In this document: positions 24,053-34,378 of the stretch, piece after piece
How positions within the stretch are numbered: position 1 is the stretch's first letter
Layout of the letters: each line of letters begins with the position of its first letter
Assembly: GCA_043228905.1 (NCBI GenBank)
Contig: JBHGNT010000005.1
Span: forward strand, 12,772,001 to 12,836,000
Length of the DNA: 64,000 nucleotides
Direction: 5' to 3'
Source: Azolla caroliniana
Taxonomy: Eukaryota > Plantae > Polypodiophyta
Notes under the pieces: model-generated
Databases searched by the model: none
What the model was told of the DNA's origin: nothing
The model's input: the letters and a program-made list of their open reading frames with translations, nothing else
Translations under genes and position numbers: made by a program

Positions 24053-24715
24053 TTGACCAAGGGTTTGAAGAGGAAAAGGACACTAGAACCTGAGTTGATT
24101 GAAATTGATCGTGTGCTACCAGTAATTGGTGTAACAAAGGCTCCGTTACAGGAATGGAAACCTAAACCATTAGAAGTCAAAAGAAGAGCCTTGATCTTGG
24201 AGCTTGATAAAGTCCTAATGAGTGTGCGGTTTATGACACCAAGCAGGGACGCAAATCAATTTCTTGAGTGGGCTATGCAATACTTTGATTTGTTTATTTG
24301 GAGTGAAAAACCACGTACAGATGTGTGGAAGTGTGTAGAAAGATTCTTCCCAAAGTGGCGACAACATTTCAAGGTTCAGTGGACACGAGAGAATTGTGAG
24401 CAGAAGGATGTTGCAAGATTCAAAAGACTTTCTGATTTTTGTTCCATTTGGCTAGATTATAATGCCGACAATACGTTGATTCTGGATATAGAACATTTTC
24501 AACATTACTTCAACATTCGTAGATGCTGTCTCATTCTACCCGATGAAATGGCTGAACACTACTTGGAGAAAACATTGAGCTACCAACTAGCTACATGGTT
24601 GTGGACTCCATACCGAGCTCAGTATGCAGATCATATATGTAGAGAAGTTCCACTGACCAGCAAGAGCTTAGCTGTTTATAGGCGATTTGAAGACATTGGC
24701 AATGGGATGTTATAA
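24053..24715 (+). CDS. FCP1/NIF-type HAD-like phosphatase-domain ORF (cargo); probably the 3' exon of a spliced gene
   Basis: ALILELDKVL (motif I-like), QFLEWAMQYFDLFIWS, KRLSDF and NTLILD match the motif layout of FCP1-homology domains; an NLS-like KRKR precedes them. Confidence 0.6.
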   Translation: MTKGLKRKRTLEPELIEIDRVLPVIGVTKAPLQEWKPKPLEVKRRALILELDKVLMSVRFMTPSRDANQFLEWAMQYFDLFIWSEKPRTDVWKCVERFFPKWRQHFKVQWTRENCEQKDVARFKRLSDFCSIWLDYNADNTLILDIEHFQHYFNIRRCCLILPDEMAEHYLEKTLSYQLATWLWTPYRAQYADHICREVPLTSKSLAVYRRFEDIGNGML

Positions 24716-25308
24716 ATATGTAATTTGATGACAGATTAATCAATGAAGAATTAAATTGCTTGTTTTGAGTAACTTATCTACTGTGTAATTTTAAGAGAAT
24801 GTACAGGATTGCTGATTTCATGATAATGTTTTTTCTTAAAATTATGCAAACTATTTTAACTTGTACATGGTTCACTTGAGTAAATCTGTATCTTAGAAAG
24901 AAGAACCCTAAACAATATTATTAAACTGTAGAAAGTAGCGTGCGGAAGCAGGTATGAAGACAGAACAGAGGAAGGAAACACGGGTTTAATGGAGAGCTTG
25001 AGCTTACACGGTATACGCAGGAGAGACAGAGAGAGAGAACACAAAAAACTATATTTCACAATAATACTCAATCTCTGTACATAAGACGTGCTCAGTGAGC
25101 ACTTTTATACAAGTCCTAAAAGGACTGACCGAAGTACTGACAGTACTTCAATGTTCATCAAGAGCCCCTACACTAACTCCCAAATATATTCCTCACGGAA
25201 TATCTTTCCTAACGACCTCCCGGTTTACGCACTCGGCCTAACCGATCGGTCCCAACCGATCCGGTCCTTGGCTTCTTCAGCCGATCCGGCCGATGTTGAA
25301 CTTGTCTC

Positions 25309-28098
25309 TCAACACTCCCCCTCAAGCTCAACTTGAGGCTCTTCGGGATCTTCACAACACCGGTTCCTCCTGGCTTCACGCCTCGCTCGCGCTCCTGGAC
25401 CTGTTCGACTCCGCGCGCTTCGACCCTTCCGGTCGGCTTGTCTGCTCATGCGGCCCTTAGCTCTTCTGCTGTTGCGGTGTTGACGCCTCTCCTGCTGCCT
25501 TTTCTTCCGCTTGGGCCTCTGTTGATTCAACGTGTCTGAATCAAACATCCGAACCGACTCGGCTACCTTCGATCGGTCTTCGCTCTCGTCCGAGTTGGCT
25601 GTCTCCAACTCGTCTTCGGTCTTCTCGCCCTCGATGGCATCATCCTCCTCATGCGTGGTTGGCTTCGGCTCTCTCCTTCGGTTGCTCCCCTTCTGTTTGC
25701 TTTCGAACTTTTCCGCGGGTCCGCCCTCGGCTTCTTCAGCCGATCCGAAGTCGAACTTGTCAACCGACTCGGTGTCGCGGTCTCCGCTCCCTTCCTGCTG
25801 CCTTGCTTGGTCGTTCGAGACTGTTCTCCCCCTCAAGTTCGGCACGTCAAGGTGACGCAATTCGAGCGCACCTGAGAATTGCCGCAACTTGTCCAAACCA
25901 AGAGGCTTGGTGAAGATGTCGGCAGCCTGTCGATCCGTCGGAACGTACTGAAGTTCGACTTCACCGGAAAGGACACGCTCACGGACGAAATGGTAATGCA
26001 CCTCAATGTGCTTGGTCCGTGCATGGAAGACGGGGTTCTTCGCGAGCTGGATGTTGCTGAGGTTGTCGCAGTAGATCGTCGTCGGATCTGACACCTCCAC
26101 TTGCAGATCCTTAAGTAGCCGCTTCAACCAGATGGCTTCGCATGTCGCGACAGCCGCTCCTCGGTACTCAGCTTCGGTGCTCGACAGTGCAACTGTCGGC
26201 TGCTTCTTACTACTCCACGCGATCGCGGCACTCCCGAGGAAGAACGCGTATCCGGACGTGGATCGGCGATTAGCGGCGTTGCCAGCCCAATCAACATCAG
26301 TGTAGCCGACTAACTGCGCGGCTGCACCAGTCCGATATAGCAGTCCCCGGTTCTTAGTGCCGTTGACATACCGAAGTATGCGTTGCGCACATTGAAGGTG
26401 CTCCTCGGTAGGTCGCGCCATGAACTGACTGATCACCCCGACCGGGTAACTAAGGTCGGGTCGGGTGATGGTCAAGTATATGAGGCTTCCGACAATTTGT
26501 CGGAACCTCGTCGGGTCGCATACCTTTCCCCTATCGGGACGAAGCTTGACGGTTCTGTCCAGAGGAGTCGAGACGGACTTACAGTCGGACATCCCGAGCT
26601 TGAAGAGCATACTCAGCACGTAATGACGTTGGCTGATCAATATGCCTTCGGGGGTACGGATCACTTCGATCCCAAGGAAGTAATGAAGGTCTCCCAGATC
26701 CTTCATGTCGAACGATGCCGCAAGCTGGAGCTTCACGCGGTCGATTTCACCTAGGTCGACGCCGGTGATGACCAAGTCATCAACATATAGTAAAATACTA
26801 ACCAGTCCGAGTCGACCTTTTCGGATGAACAGGGAAGAGTCCGATTTTGACGTGACGAAGCCCATCCGACGCAGTTGTTGCGCGATCTTCGCGTTCCAAG
26901 CACGCGGGGCTTGCTTCAGTCCGTAAAGGGACTTCTTCAGTCGGCATACTGCCGAGGAGTTCGTTCCAGAGTGAAATCCGAGGGGCTGTACCATGTACAC
27001 CTGTTCCACAAGGTCACCTTGTAGGAACGCATTCTTTACATCCATCTGATGTAAGTGCCACCCCTTCGCCGCAGCTACTGCCAGCAAAACACGGACGGTC
27101 GTCATTTTCGCGACCGGCGCAAAAGTCTCATCGTAGTCGATGCCGTGTTTCTGTGTGTAGCCCTTTGCCACTAGCCGAGCCTTGTACCGGTTGACCGAGC
27201 CATTGGTGTTGTACTTGACCTTGTACACCCACTTACACCCGATCGGCTTCACACCCTTCGGTGCGTCAACCAGGTCCCAGGTCTCGTTCTCCGCCAATGT
27301 GTGCATCTCTTCCTCCATCGCGGCATGCCAATTCGCGTCTTTAGCCGCTTTTGCGTAGCTCTCCGGCTCACGCACTTCCGCTACACGGGTCATGTACGCA
27401 TAATGATGCGCCATGTACTCGTTGTAACCGAACCGCACAACTGGGTTCTTTTGACGGGTAGATCGGCGTAATCTCACATTAGCCGATGTCGAGGCCTTCT
27501 CGGTCGACGCGGTCTTCATCTTTAAAGACCTGTCACCGGTTCCCTCGGAGTCGGACTCGCGTCGGTCTGACTCGTTCCTTTCCGTGCCGGAATCCGACAC
27601 CTTCTTCTTCCCTTTCTCTTTGCGTGTAAGCCGTCTCCTCGGCTTCCTACGCGGGGAATGCACGGTCGTGTCTCCACTACTCGCCGGCTCCTCATCGGAC
27701 TGGTCGTACCGACTCAGTCGTCCAATCGGTCCACTTAACCGGAGTGAAATCGGACTCTCTTCGCGGGTCTCGATTTCGGGCTCATCCGGAGGCATCTCGG
27801 CCTCGCTGACCTCATCGTCAGAACTCGGATTGGAGTCGAGGTTCGTAGTCGGGGGCAGGTACCAAGACGCGGACTCGTCAAACACAACGTCGCGGCTGAC
27901 ACGCACTTGTTTGGTGCGAGGGTTATAGCACTTATAACCCTTCTGCTCGTCCGAGTAACCGACCAAGATGCATTTCTTGGCCTTTGCGTCTAGCTTCCTC
28001 CTTTTCTCCTTCGGTATATGCACATACGCAATGCTACCGAACACCCTCAAGTGTCGCAAGTTCGGCTTCGTTCCGAAATATAGCTCATGCGCTGACAT
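25309..28098 (-). CDS. Copia Pol C-terminal part: integrase tail, RT, RNase H and a charged C-terminal extension
   Basis: 929-aa ORF with KARLVAKG, QMDVKNAFL, LLYVDDL, YTDVDWAG, SSTEAEY and RTKHIEVHYHF. Confidence 0.93.
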   Translation of the reverse strand: MSAHELYFGTKPNLRHLRVFGSIAYVHIPKEKRRKLDAKAKKCILVGYSDEQKGYKCYNPRTKQVRVSRDVVFDESASWYLPPTTNLDSNPSSDDEVSEAEMPPDEPEIETREESPISLRLSGPIGRLSRYDQSDEEPASSGDTTVHSPRRKPRRRLTRKEKGKKKVSDSGTERNESDRRESDSEGTGDRSLKMKTASTEKASTSANVRLRRSTRQKNPVVRFGYNEYMAHHYAYMTRVAEVREPESYAKAAKDANWHAAMEEEMHTLAENETWDLVDAPKGVKPIGCKWVYKVKYNTNGSVNRYKARLVAKGYTQKHGIDYDETFAPVAKMTTVRVLLAVAAAKGWHLHQMDVKNAFLQGDLVEQVYMVQPLGFHSGTNSSAVCRLKKSLYGLKQAPRAWNAKIAQQLRRMGFVTSKSDSSLFIRKGRLGLVSILLYVDDLVITGVDLGEIDRVKLQLAASFDMKDLGDLHYFLGIEVIRTPEGILISQRHYVLSMLFKLGMSDCKSVSTPLDRTVKLRPDRGKVCDPTRFRQIVGSLIYLTITRPDLSYPVGVISQFMARPTEEHLQCAQRILRYVNGTKNRGLLYRTGAAAQLVGYTDVDWAGNAANRRSTSGYAFFLGSAAIAWSSKKQPTVALSSTEAEYRGAAVATCEAIWLKRLLKDLQVEVSDPTTIYCDNLSNIQLAKNPVFHARTKHIEVHYHFVRERVLSGEVELQYVPTDRQAADIFTKPLGLDKLRQFSGALELRHLDVPNLRGRTVSNDQARQQEGSGDRDTESVDKFDFGSAEEAEGGPAEKFESKQKGSNRRREPKPTTHEEDDAIEGEKTEDELETANSDESEDRSKVAESVRMFDSDTLNQQRPKRKKRQQERRQHRNSRRAKGRMSRQADRKGRSARSRTGPGARARREARRNRCCEDPEEPQVELEGEC

Positions 28099-28122
28099 TT
28101 TGTCTCCGATCCGGTTCTGGAT

Positions 28123-30126
28123 TTATACCGCGGTCCTTACCGCCTCGGCCCAGTAGAACTTGGGCAAGCTCTTCTCCTCCAGCATTGCCCATGCCGCTTC
28201 CACAATCGACCGGTTCTTTCTCTCGGCCACGCCGTTCTGCTCCGGCGTGTATCTACAACTGAATTCGCACCGAATTCCCATTTGTTGTAGATAACCGTTG
28301 AATTGACCGGAAAAGTACTCTTTCCCGCCATCCGACCGCAAGCACTTGATCTTTTGTCTTGTTTCGGTTTCCACAAACCCCTTGAGGTCCCGGAAACAGT
28401 CGAAGACTTCGCTCTTTCTCTCAATGAGGTAGATCCACATGCGCCGCGTGTGGTCGTCGATGAAGGAGACGAAATATCGGCTCCCGCCAAGACTAACGTT
28501 TTGTGCCGGTCCCCACACATCGGAGTGTATAAGGTCGAGCTTGTTCCGGCTCTGGTTTCGCTCGTTGGGGAAGGGAAGTCGATGTTGCTTCCCGAGCTGC
28601 CAGGCTTCACAAATTTGTGCCTTTCGGCCACTAAATTTGGGCAATCCGAACACTACCTATTTCGTTTGCAGATCTTGAAGCCACTGGTAGTTGACGTGGC
28701 CTATCCACTTGTGCCACAAGTCGATGTCCGACTCGGTCTTTTGTCCCTTCGCGAACAGTGCGGTGCCGCCGTCAGTGGAGTCAAGGATGAACATCCTCCC
28801 GTCTCTGCGCCCTTGCGCAATCACACGGCCTTCTTCCTCAATGAAGCACCCGAGGTGTGTAAACCGAACCTCCATCCCTTGGTCGACGATCTGTCCGACC
28901 GAGACCAAGTTTTTCGTGATTGTCGGGACGTGCAGCACGTTCATGAGTTTCCCTTTCTGCCCGACATGGCTAAGGGGAACTTCTCCGACATTCGCGATCG
29001 GATGCGGAGTGTCGTCTCCTGTTGCGACTACTCCAGGTTGTATCGGTTTTTCAAGGTACGAGAACCACTCCTTATGGCTCGTCATGTGGTTTGACGCGCC
29101 GGAGTCTACGTACCACACCTGGTCCGATCTCGGGGTGGTCTGATTCATTGAGTTTGCTTCGTGTCTCGTCACGAAGGTAGTCCCTTCTCCGGCTCTCCCG
29201 GAGTCTTCGGCATAGTGCGATCGCTGCCAATTTCCCTTGTGGGTATGTCTGGAGTCGTTTCCGGAACCGGTTCTCTCCAAATCGGCGTGCTTCTTCCAAC
29301 ACTCGCTTCCCCTATGGCCTTTCTTGCCACAATACCAGCACTCCGTGATGGCCTTCCCTTGCTGGTTCTCATCGCTTCGACTCCCCCTATTTCCGGAGGG
29401 TCCGGAGTTGCTGTCGGCATCACATCAGTGCCTTCTTCCTTGATCTCGTCGGCCGCTTCCATTGCGTACCGACTCGCCTCGTCCGCCACGACCACGGGGC
29501 CTTTCTCCCTCCGTGTACAACATCTTGTTGTCGGTGTGCGTGCTTGTCAACGCACCCACGTGGTTCTCCTCTACCAGGAGCATCGACTGTAAGTCGAAAA
29601 AGGACGGCGTATTCTCCCGGGTACACACAACCGTTCGGAACGCTCCGAACTTCAACGCCAAATCTCCGAGACAGATCTGGACCATCTCGCTCTTCTCGAT
29701 GTTCACCTCTATGGAGGCGAGGGAGTCGTAGATATCCTTGATCTTCGAGGTATAGTCCGCCACCGACAAGTCGCGTTGTCGTAGGTTGCTCAACTCCTGT
29801 CGGAGCTGAAGCTTCCTGGCTGTGGTGCTTGCGGCGAAAATCTTCTTCAGATTTTCCCACGCACCCTTCGACGTCTTTGCATCCCGAACATAGCTCAATA
29901 GTTGTTCGCCCACACACGACGCGAAGCAGTATAGTACCCTGCTCGCTGATTGCTCCCACGACGGGAAGTCTCTGTGTGTCGATTCGGGTGCCGCGTCATT
30001 AGCTCCTTCGACATAACTCCAGTAGCCATGCCCGAGCAGGTACTGGTGCATCTTGTAGGACCAAGACGCGTAGTTGGTTCTGTCGAGCTTCTCTGTTGGA
30101 AGCGAGCTCGCCATGCCTCTATCCAT
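28123..30126 (-). pseudogene. Copia gag-protease-integrase region broken by frameshifts and stops
   Basis: ORFs 29425-30126 (gag), 28657-29280 (WYVDSGASNHMT) and 28123-28653 (HSDVWG, RSDGGKEY, PEQNGVAER). Confidence 0.9.
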
Positions 30127-30765
30127 CGTTCTTCTTGTTCTTCTTCGTCAAGCTGTGTCGGCTACAGAGAGGTTCTCAACCCTCACGCTCTGATACCATG
30201 TAGAAAGTAGCGTGCAGAAGTAGGTATGAAGACAGAACAGACGAAGGAAACACAAGTTTAATGGAGAGCTTGAGCTTACACGGTATACGCAGGAGAGACA
30301 GAGAGAGAGAACACAAAAAATTATATTTCACAATAATACTCAATCTCTGTACATAAGACGTGCTCAGTGAACACTTTTATACAAGTCCTAAAAGGACTGA
30401 CCGAAGTACTGACAATACTTCAATGCTCATCAAGAGCCCCTACACTAACTCCCAAATATATTCCTCACGGAATATCTTTCCTAACGACCTCCCGGTTTAC
30501 GCACTCGGCCTAACCGATCGGTCCCAACCGATCCGGTCCTTGGCTTCTTCAGCCGATCCGGCCGATGTTGAGCTTGTCTCTCAACATAAACTATATATTA
30601 GAAAGAAGAATGTATATAGAAAAGACACACGATTTTATTGAGAAAGAAGCACAAAAAGTAGACTGTATATAATAAAAAAACTCCCAAACAGGTCCATTAA
30701 ACTGTTTATTTGCAATACATGTGCTTTGTTTGTTTTACAAGAAAACTAGTAATTGCTACTTGTAG

Positions 30766-33700
30766 CTACAAATTCCATGGCATACTATTGTAAATACATT
30801 CATACACATTAGCACTAATTGTGTATAAACCTGAGCAGTTATTGTATTGCGACATTGGGACATTGATGCACCTAACCAAATGAGAGTACATGTACGCCAC
30901 TGGTTTGTCTTCTAATAGCCTATACACATAATCGTAATAATCTAATCTTGCATAAAATATACCTTCGATGTAGAATGTCCCGGTTGATACAACATTTCCC
31001 CAAGCATCTAATATATTCTGCGTTGCACATTGTTTACTAACTATTCACTTCAATATATAGAAATCAACACCCTCTTAATTGCCTTCTTAAACATTTATAG
31101 TGAAATTATCCCCAACATTTAAGACATCACTCAGAGTATCTCCATGTCCTTGATATGTGAAGTCAACATTTTTTTCTGTTTCTCCATCAACTACTTCCTT
31201 ATCGTTCAATGTATGATACTCCCAATTCTGATTATATGCTTTGTTTAAACAATACTTCCAATGTCCCTGCACACAATGGAAGCAAAAATAAGTTAATTCT
31301 CTAACCGCAATACAATGACCATTCAACCTAGAATAACCACGAATAGCATGGAGAGATCACAATTCGGGAATTCCTTGGCACTCCCACGTCTTCTCCCTAT
31401 TTACTTCATCTATCTTCCCAAAATTCACGTTTGATATCTCGGACTTGCGAGGAATAAACACCAGTTGCACTCGTTGACATATTAGCTCTTAAAAATTCAA
31501 CTACATGTGCTGCACAATTCATTTGCACACCATCTGCCTTTAGTTGTTCATGGGTAAGTGCCCACTTTATAACAACACCTGCACCATCATGTTCACCTTT
31601 ACCATGGCCAGACCCAAAAATATTCCATCTCATCTCCAAACCTGTTATAGCAGGTTACCTCCCCACAAAATAAAATGGATGTCTAGCCTTGAATTGTGAC
31701 GCAACTCCATCAAACCAGACCCAATGTTGAGTAAGCTCCAAACGTTTAGCTAATAACAATTGCCAATGTAAGTTAAAACAATGTTGGACGAACAAGGTAT
31801 CATGCTTCTTATCATCAGAAATAAAAAAATGAATTACTTTTTTAACATCACCTGAATCTCGAAAATATGTTATGTGCACAAAAATGGTTACATGCGTTGA
31901 ACACCAATGCATAGATTGAATTTCATTCTACTGCTTGAAAGTATAATTCTTTGCGAAATCTACTATTGAGACTACTACATCATTTGGAAAATCAGATATG
32001 CAAGTCTTAAACTGACGGGCTTGCCATGAATAAACGAAGTTGTGTTTAATGAACTTTCCTAGAGATACTACAAATAGGGACGCCAAATCCCTTGGTTTAA
32101 GCAACTTCCTAACTAGGTCCTTTCTTTTACACACCTTTCCTTCAAAATTGGTGTCAACTGACTCAAATAACTTAACAGAGATTAATATTTCACTACTCAA
32201 TTCATTTGGACACCACCTAAATCTATTAGGGCCACAATCTTGACATAAACCCATGACACATATATGACTGTGGAAGATGGCCTCAGTTTCTCTCAAACAC
32301 AATACTAAATCTAAAAGACAACTCATGGAAGAGATAACATGCTCAGATGATTTACAGTGCTCATGCGGGCTCAATCGACAAATTGGGCACTCACAAGTGC
32401 AAATTGCATTAGTTAGGGAGGCGCTATGGTGACATAGTAGATAAATAGAGTCCTTGAGAAAACCCATTTGTCCATGGTAAATGTAACATGTGTATCGATC
32501 CTTCAAGCATCTCACAAAGTGTGGCTTAAGAGACGCGAATGTTCGTAGTTGAACTTTGATATTTGGATGCATTTGCCTGAACCTAATAAATAAATTGACC
32601 TGCATAATAAAATAGACATACTGATTAGCTCTATAGCTAAGTGGTAGCTAATTAGTTACTACCATAGTTTAGTACGGTAGCTAATTAGCTAAGTGCTAGC
32701 TAATTAGCTACTACCATAGTTTAGTACAATAGTTAATTCGGTAAGTGGTAGCTAATTAGCTACTACCATAGTTTAGTACAATAGTTAATTCGATAAGTGG
32801 TAGCTAATTAGCTACTACCATACTTTAGTACAGTAGCTAATTAGCTTTAAGTGGTAGCTAATTAGCCACTACCATAGTTTAGTACAATAGCTAATTATCT
32901 AGTACCATAGTTTCGTACAATAGCTAATTAGCTAAGTGGTAGCTAATTAGCTACTACCATACTTTAGTTATAGTGGCTAATTAGCTAGTACCATACTCTA
33001 GCTGAGTCGCTAATTAGCTACTACTATACTTTAGTTGAGTAGCTAATTAGCTACTACCATAGTTTAGTATAGTAGCTAATTAGCTAAGTGGTAGCTAATT
33101 AGCTACTACCATACTTTCGTTGAGCAGCTAATTAGCTACTACCATAGTTTAATATAGTACCTAATTACCTAAATGGTAGCTAATTAGCTAGTACCATAGT
33201 TTAGTACAATAGCTATTCTAGTAGGGGATTAGCAATTTTGGTAGTTAATTAGCTATAGTCATAAGCAACTAATTAGCTACTCTAGTAGCTAATTAGCTAT
33301 TGTTATAGGCAACTAATTAGCTATTGTGGTAGCTAAATAACTATGAATGGTAACTAATTAGGTATTTTGGTAGCGATATTCTTAGGGAGCTAATTAGCTA
33401 TTATTGGTAGTTAGTTAGCTATGGTTATATTCTGAGGTAGGTAGTTAGTTAGTTATTCGGGTATGGTCATATTCAGTGGTAGCTAATAAGCTAACTAACT
33501 AAGGTCAAAAGTCAAAACAAATGTTGAGATAATTGTAAATACCTGAGGTACATCAAGAAGATGAATGGGATGCTCATCGTATTGACTCCTTCCAACACGT
33601 TTCCTGCATAAATCCTTCTTATTGGGTGAAACCCTACTCTCATTAGTCCAAAATATTGTGATTATATCCTTGATTTCTGGTGGTATGGGTGTCATTAGCT

Positions 33701-34268
33701 TACATCTTGTTGTTAGCTTTAGTAGACTAGTTCCTTTACCCGAGGAAACTATCTGGTGCAATGTATTGTGCACATTTTTTCTACTAACACCAATTACCTT
33801 AGATAGCACACTGTTGTTAATATTGTCAACATCACTATTAAGTAACATCATTAGACTAGAACTTTTTAAGACAAGATTGTCTTCTAACCTGCTCATGGAT
33901 ACGAAATTATTACGGAGATTATTTACTAGTACAGATGTTATGTTTGCATTAAGACCATCACAATCAACTAACTCCTTTATCGATGGATCATTTACTATTC
34001 CATAAAGTACTACCTTCTGGTCTTCATTGCTAATGTGCTTGGTTTGAACATTGAAATAGTCTACAACCTTTCTCTCTATGATAATAGTCTTATTACTTCC
34101 ATTCTCAATGATATTTAGACCTATATCGCAACCAATACTATCTTTATCTTTAGTGAGTGTGGCTTTTGTATCCTTCAACAATTGACAATGTTTTCTTTTT
34201 TTTTTCTGCCCAATACTTTTGTATCGCTTGTTGTGTTCTGATAGCGTCATCCTTATCCTGATGATCAT
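30766..34268 (-). pseudogene. Sola2-type DDD transposase gene (two exons, premature stops and frameshifts)
   Basis: Exon 1 33543-34268, GT-AG intron 32600-33542, exon 2 from 32599. Cys-rich region, then VDFAKNY (D at 31958-31960), SDDKKHD, WFDGVASQFK (D at 31709-31711) and GHGKGEHDGAG (D at 31586-31588). In-frame stops at 31928 and 31655. Confidence 0.8.
32626..33495. repeat. Long TAGCTAATTAGCTA palindrome array filling the transposase intron
   Basis: More than 25 copies, higher-order unit GTGGTAGCTAATTAGCTACTACCATAGTTTAGTACAATA. Confidence 0.92.
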
Positions 34269-34378
34269 TGAGGGGTAATTCTAAACACCCTCCTTCCCCT
34301 TCCATTTGACTTGACGGGTTTAAACCCTAATTTTCCCGAAAAAAAGACATGTATTAAAGATGGCTATGGGCAACAACA

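Larger units (their letters stand above)
24927..30586 (-). mobile_element. Full-length Ty1/Copia LTR retrotransposon (frameshifted gag-pol)
   Basis: 388-bp LTRs at 24927-25314 and 30199-30586 (about 10 mismatches by eye), TAAAC TSD, PBS TGGTATCAGAGC at 30187-30198, PPT at 25315-25326; gag 29425-30126, PR 28657-29280, INT 28123-28653, RT-RH 25309-28098. Confidence 0.96.

Noticed and set aside
22550-33495. Palindromic repeat arrays resembling CRISPR
   Set aside because: The spacers are themselves repeated, there are no cas genes, and the context is eukaryotic introns.
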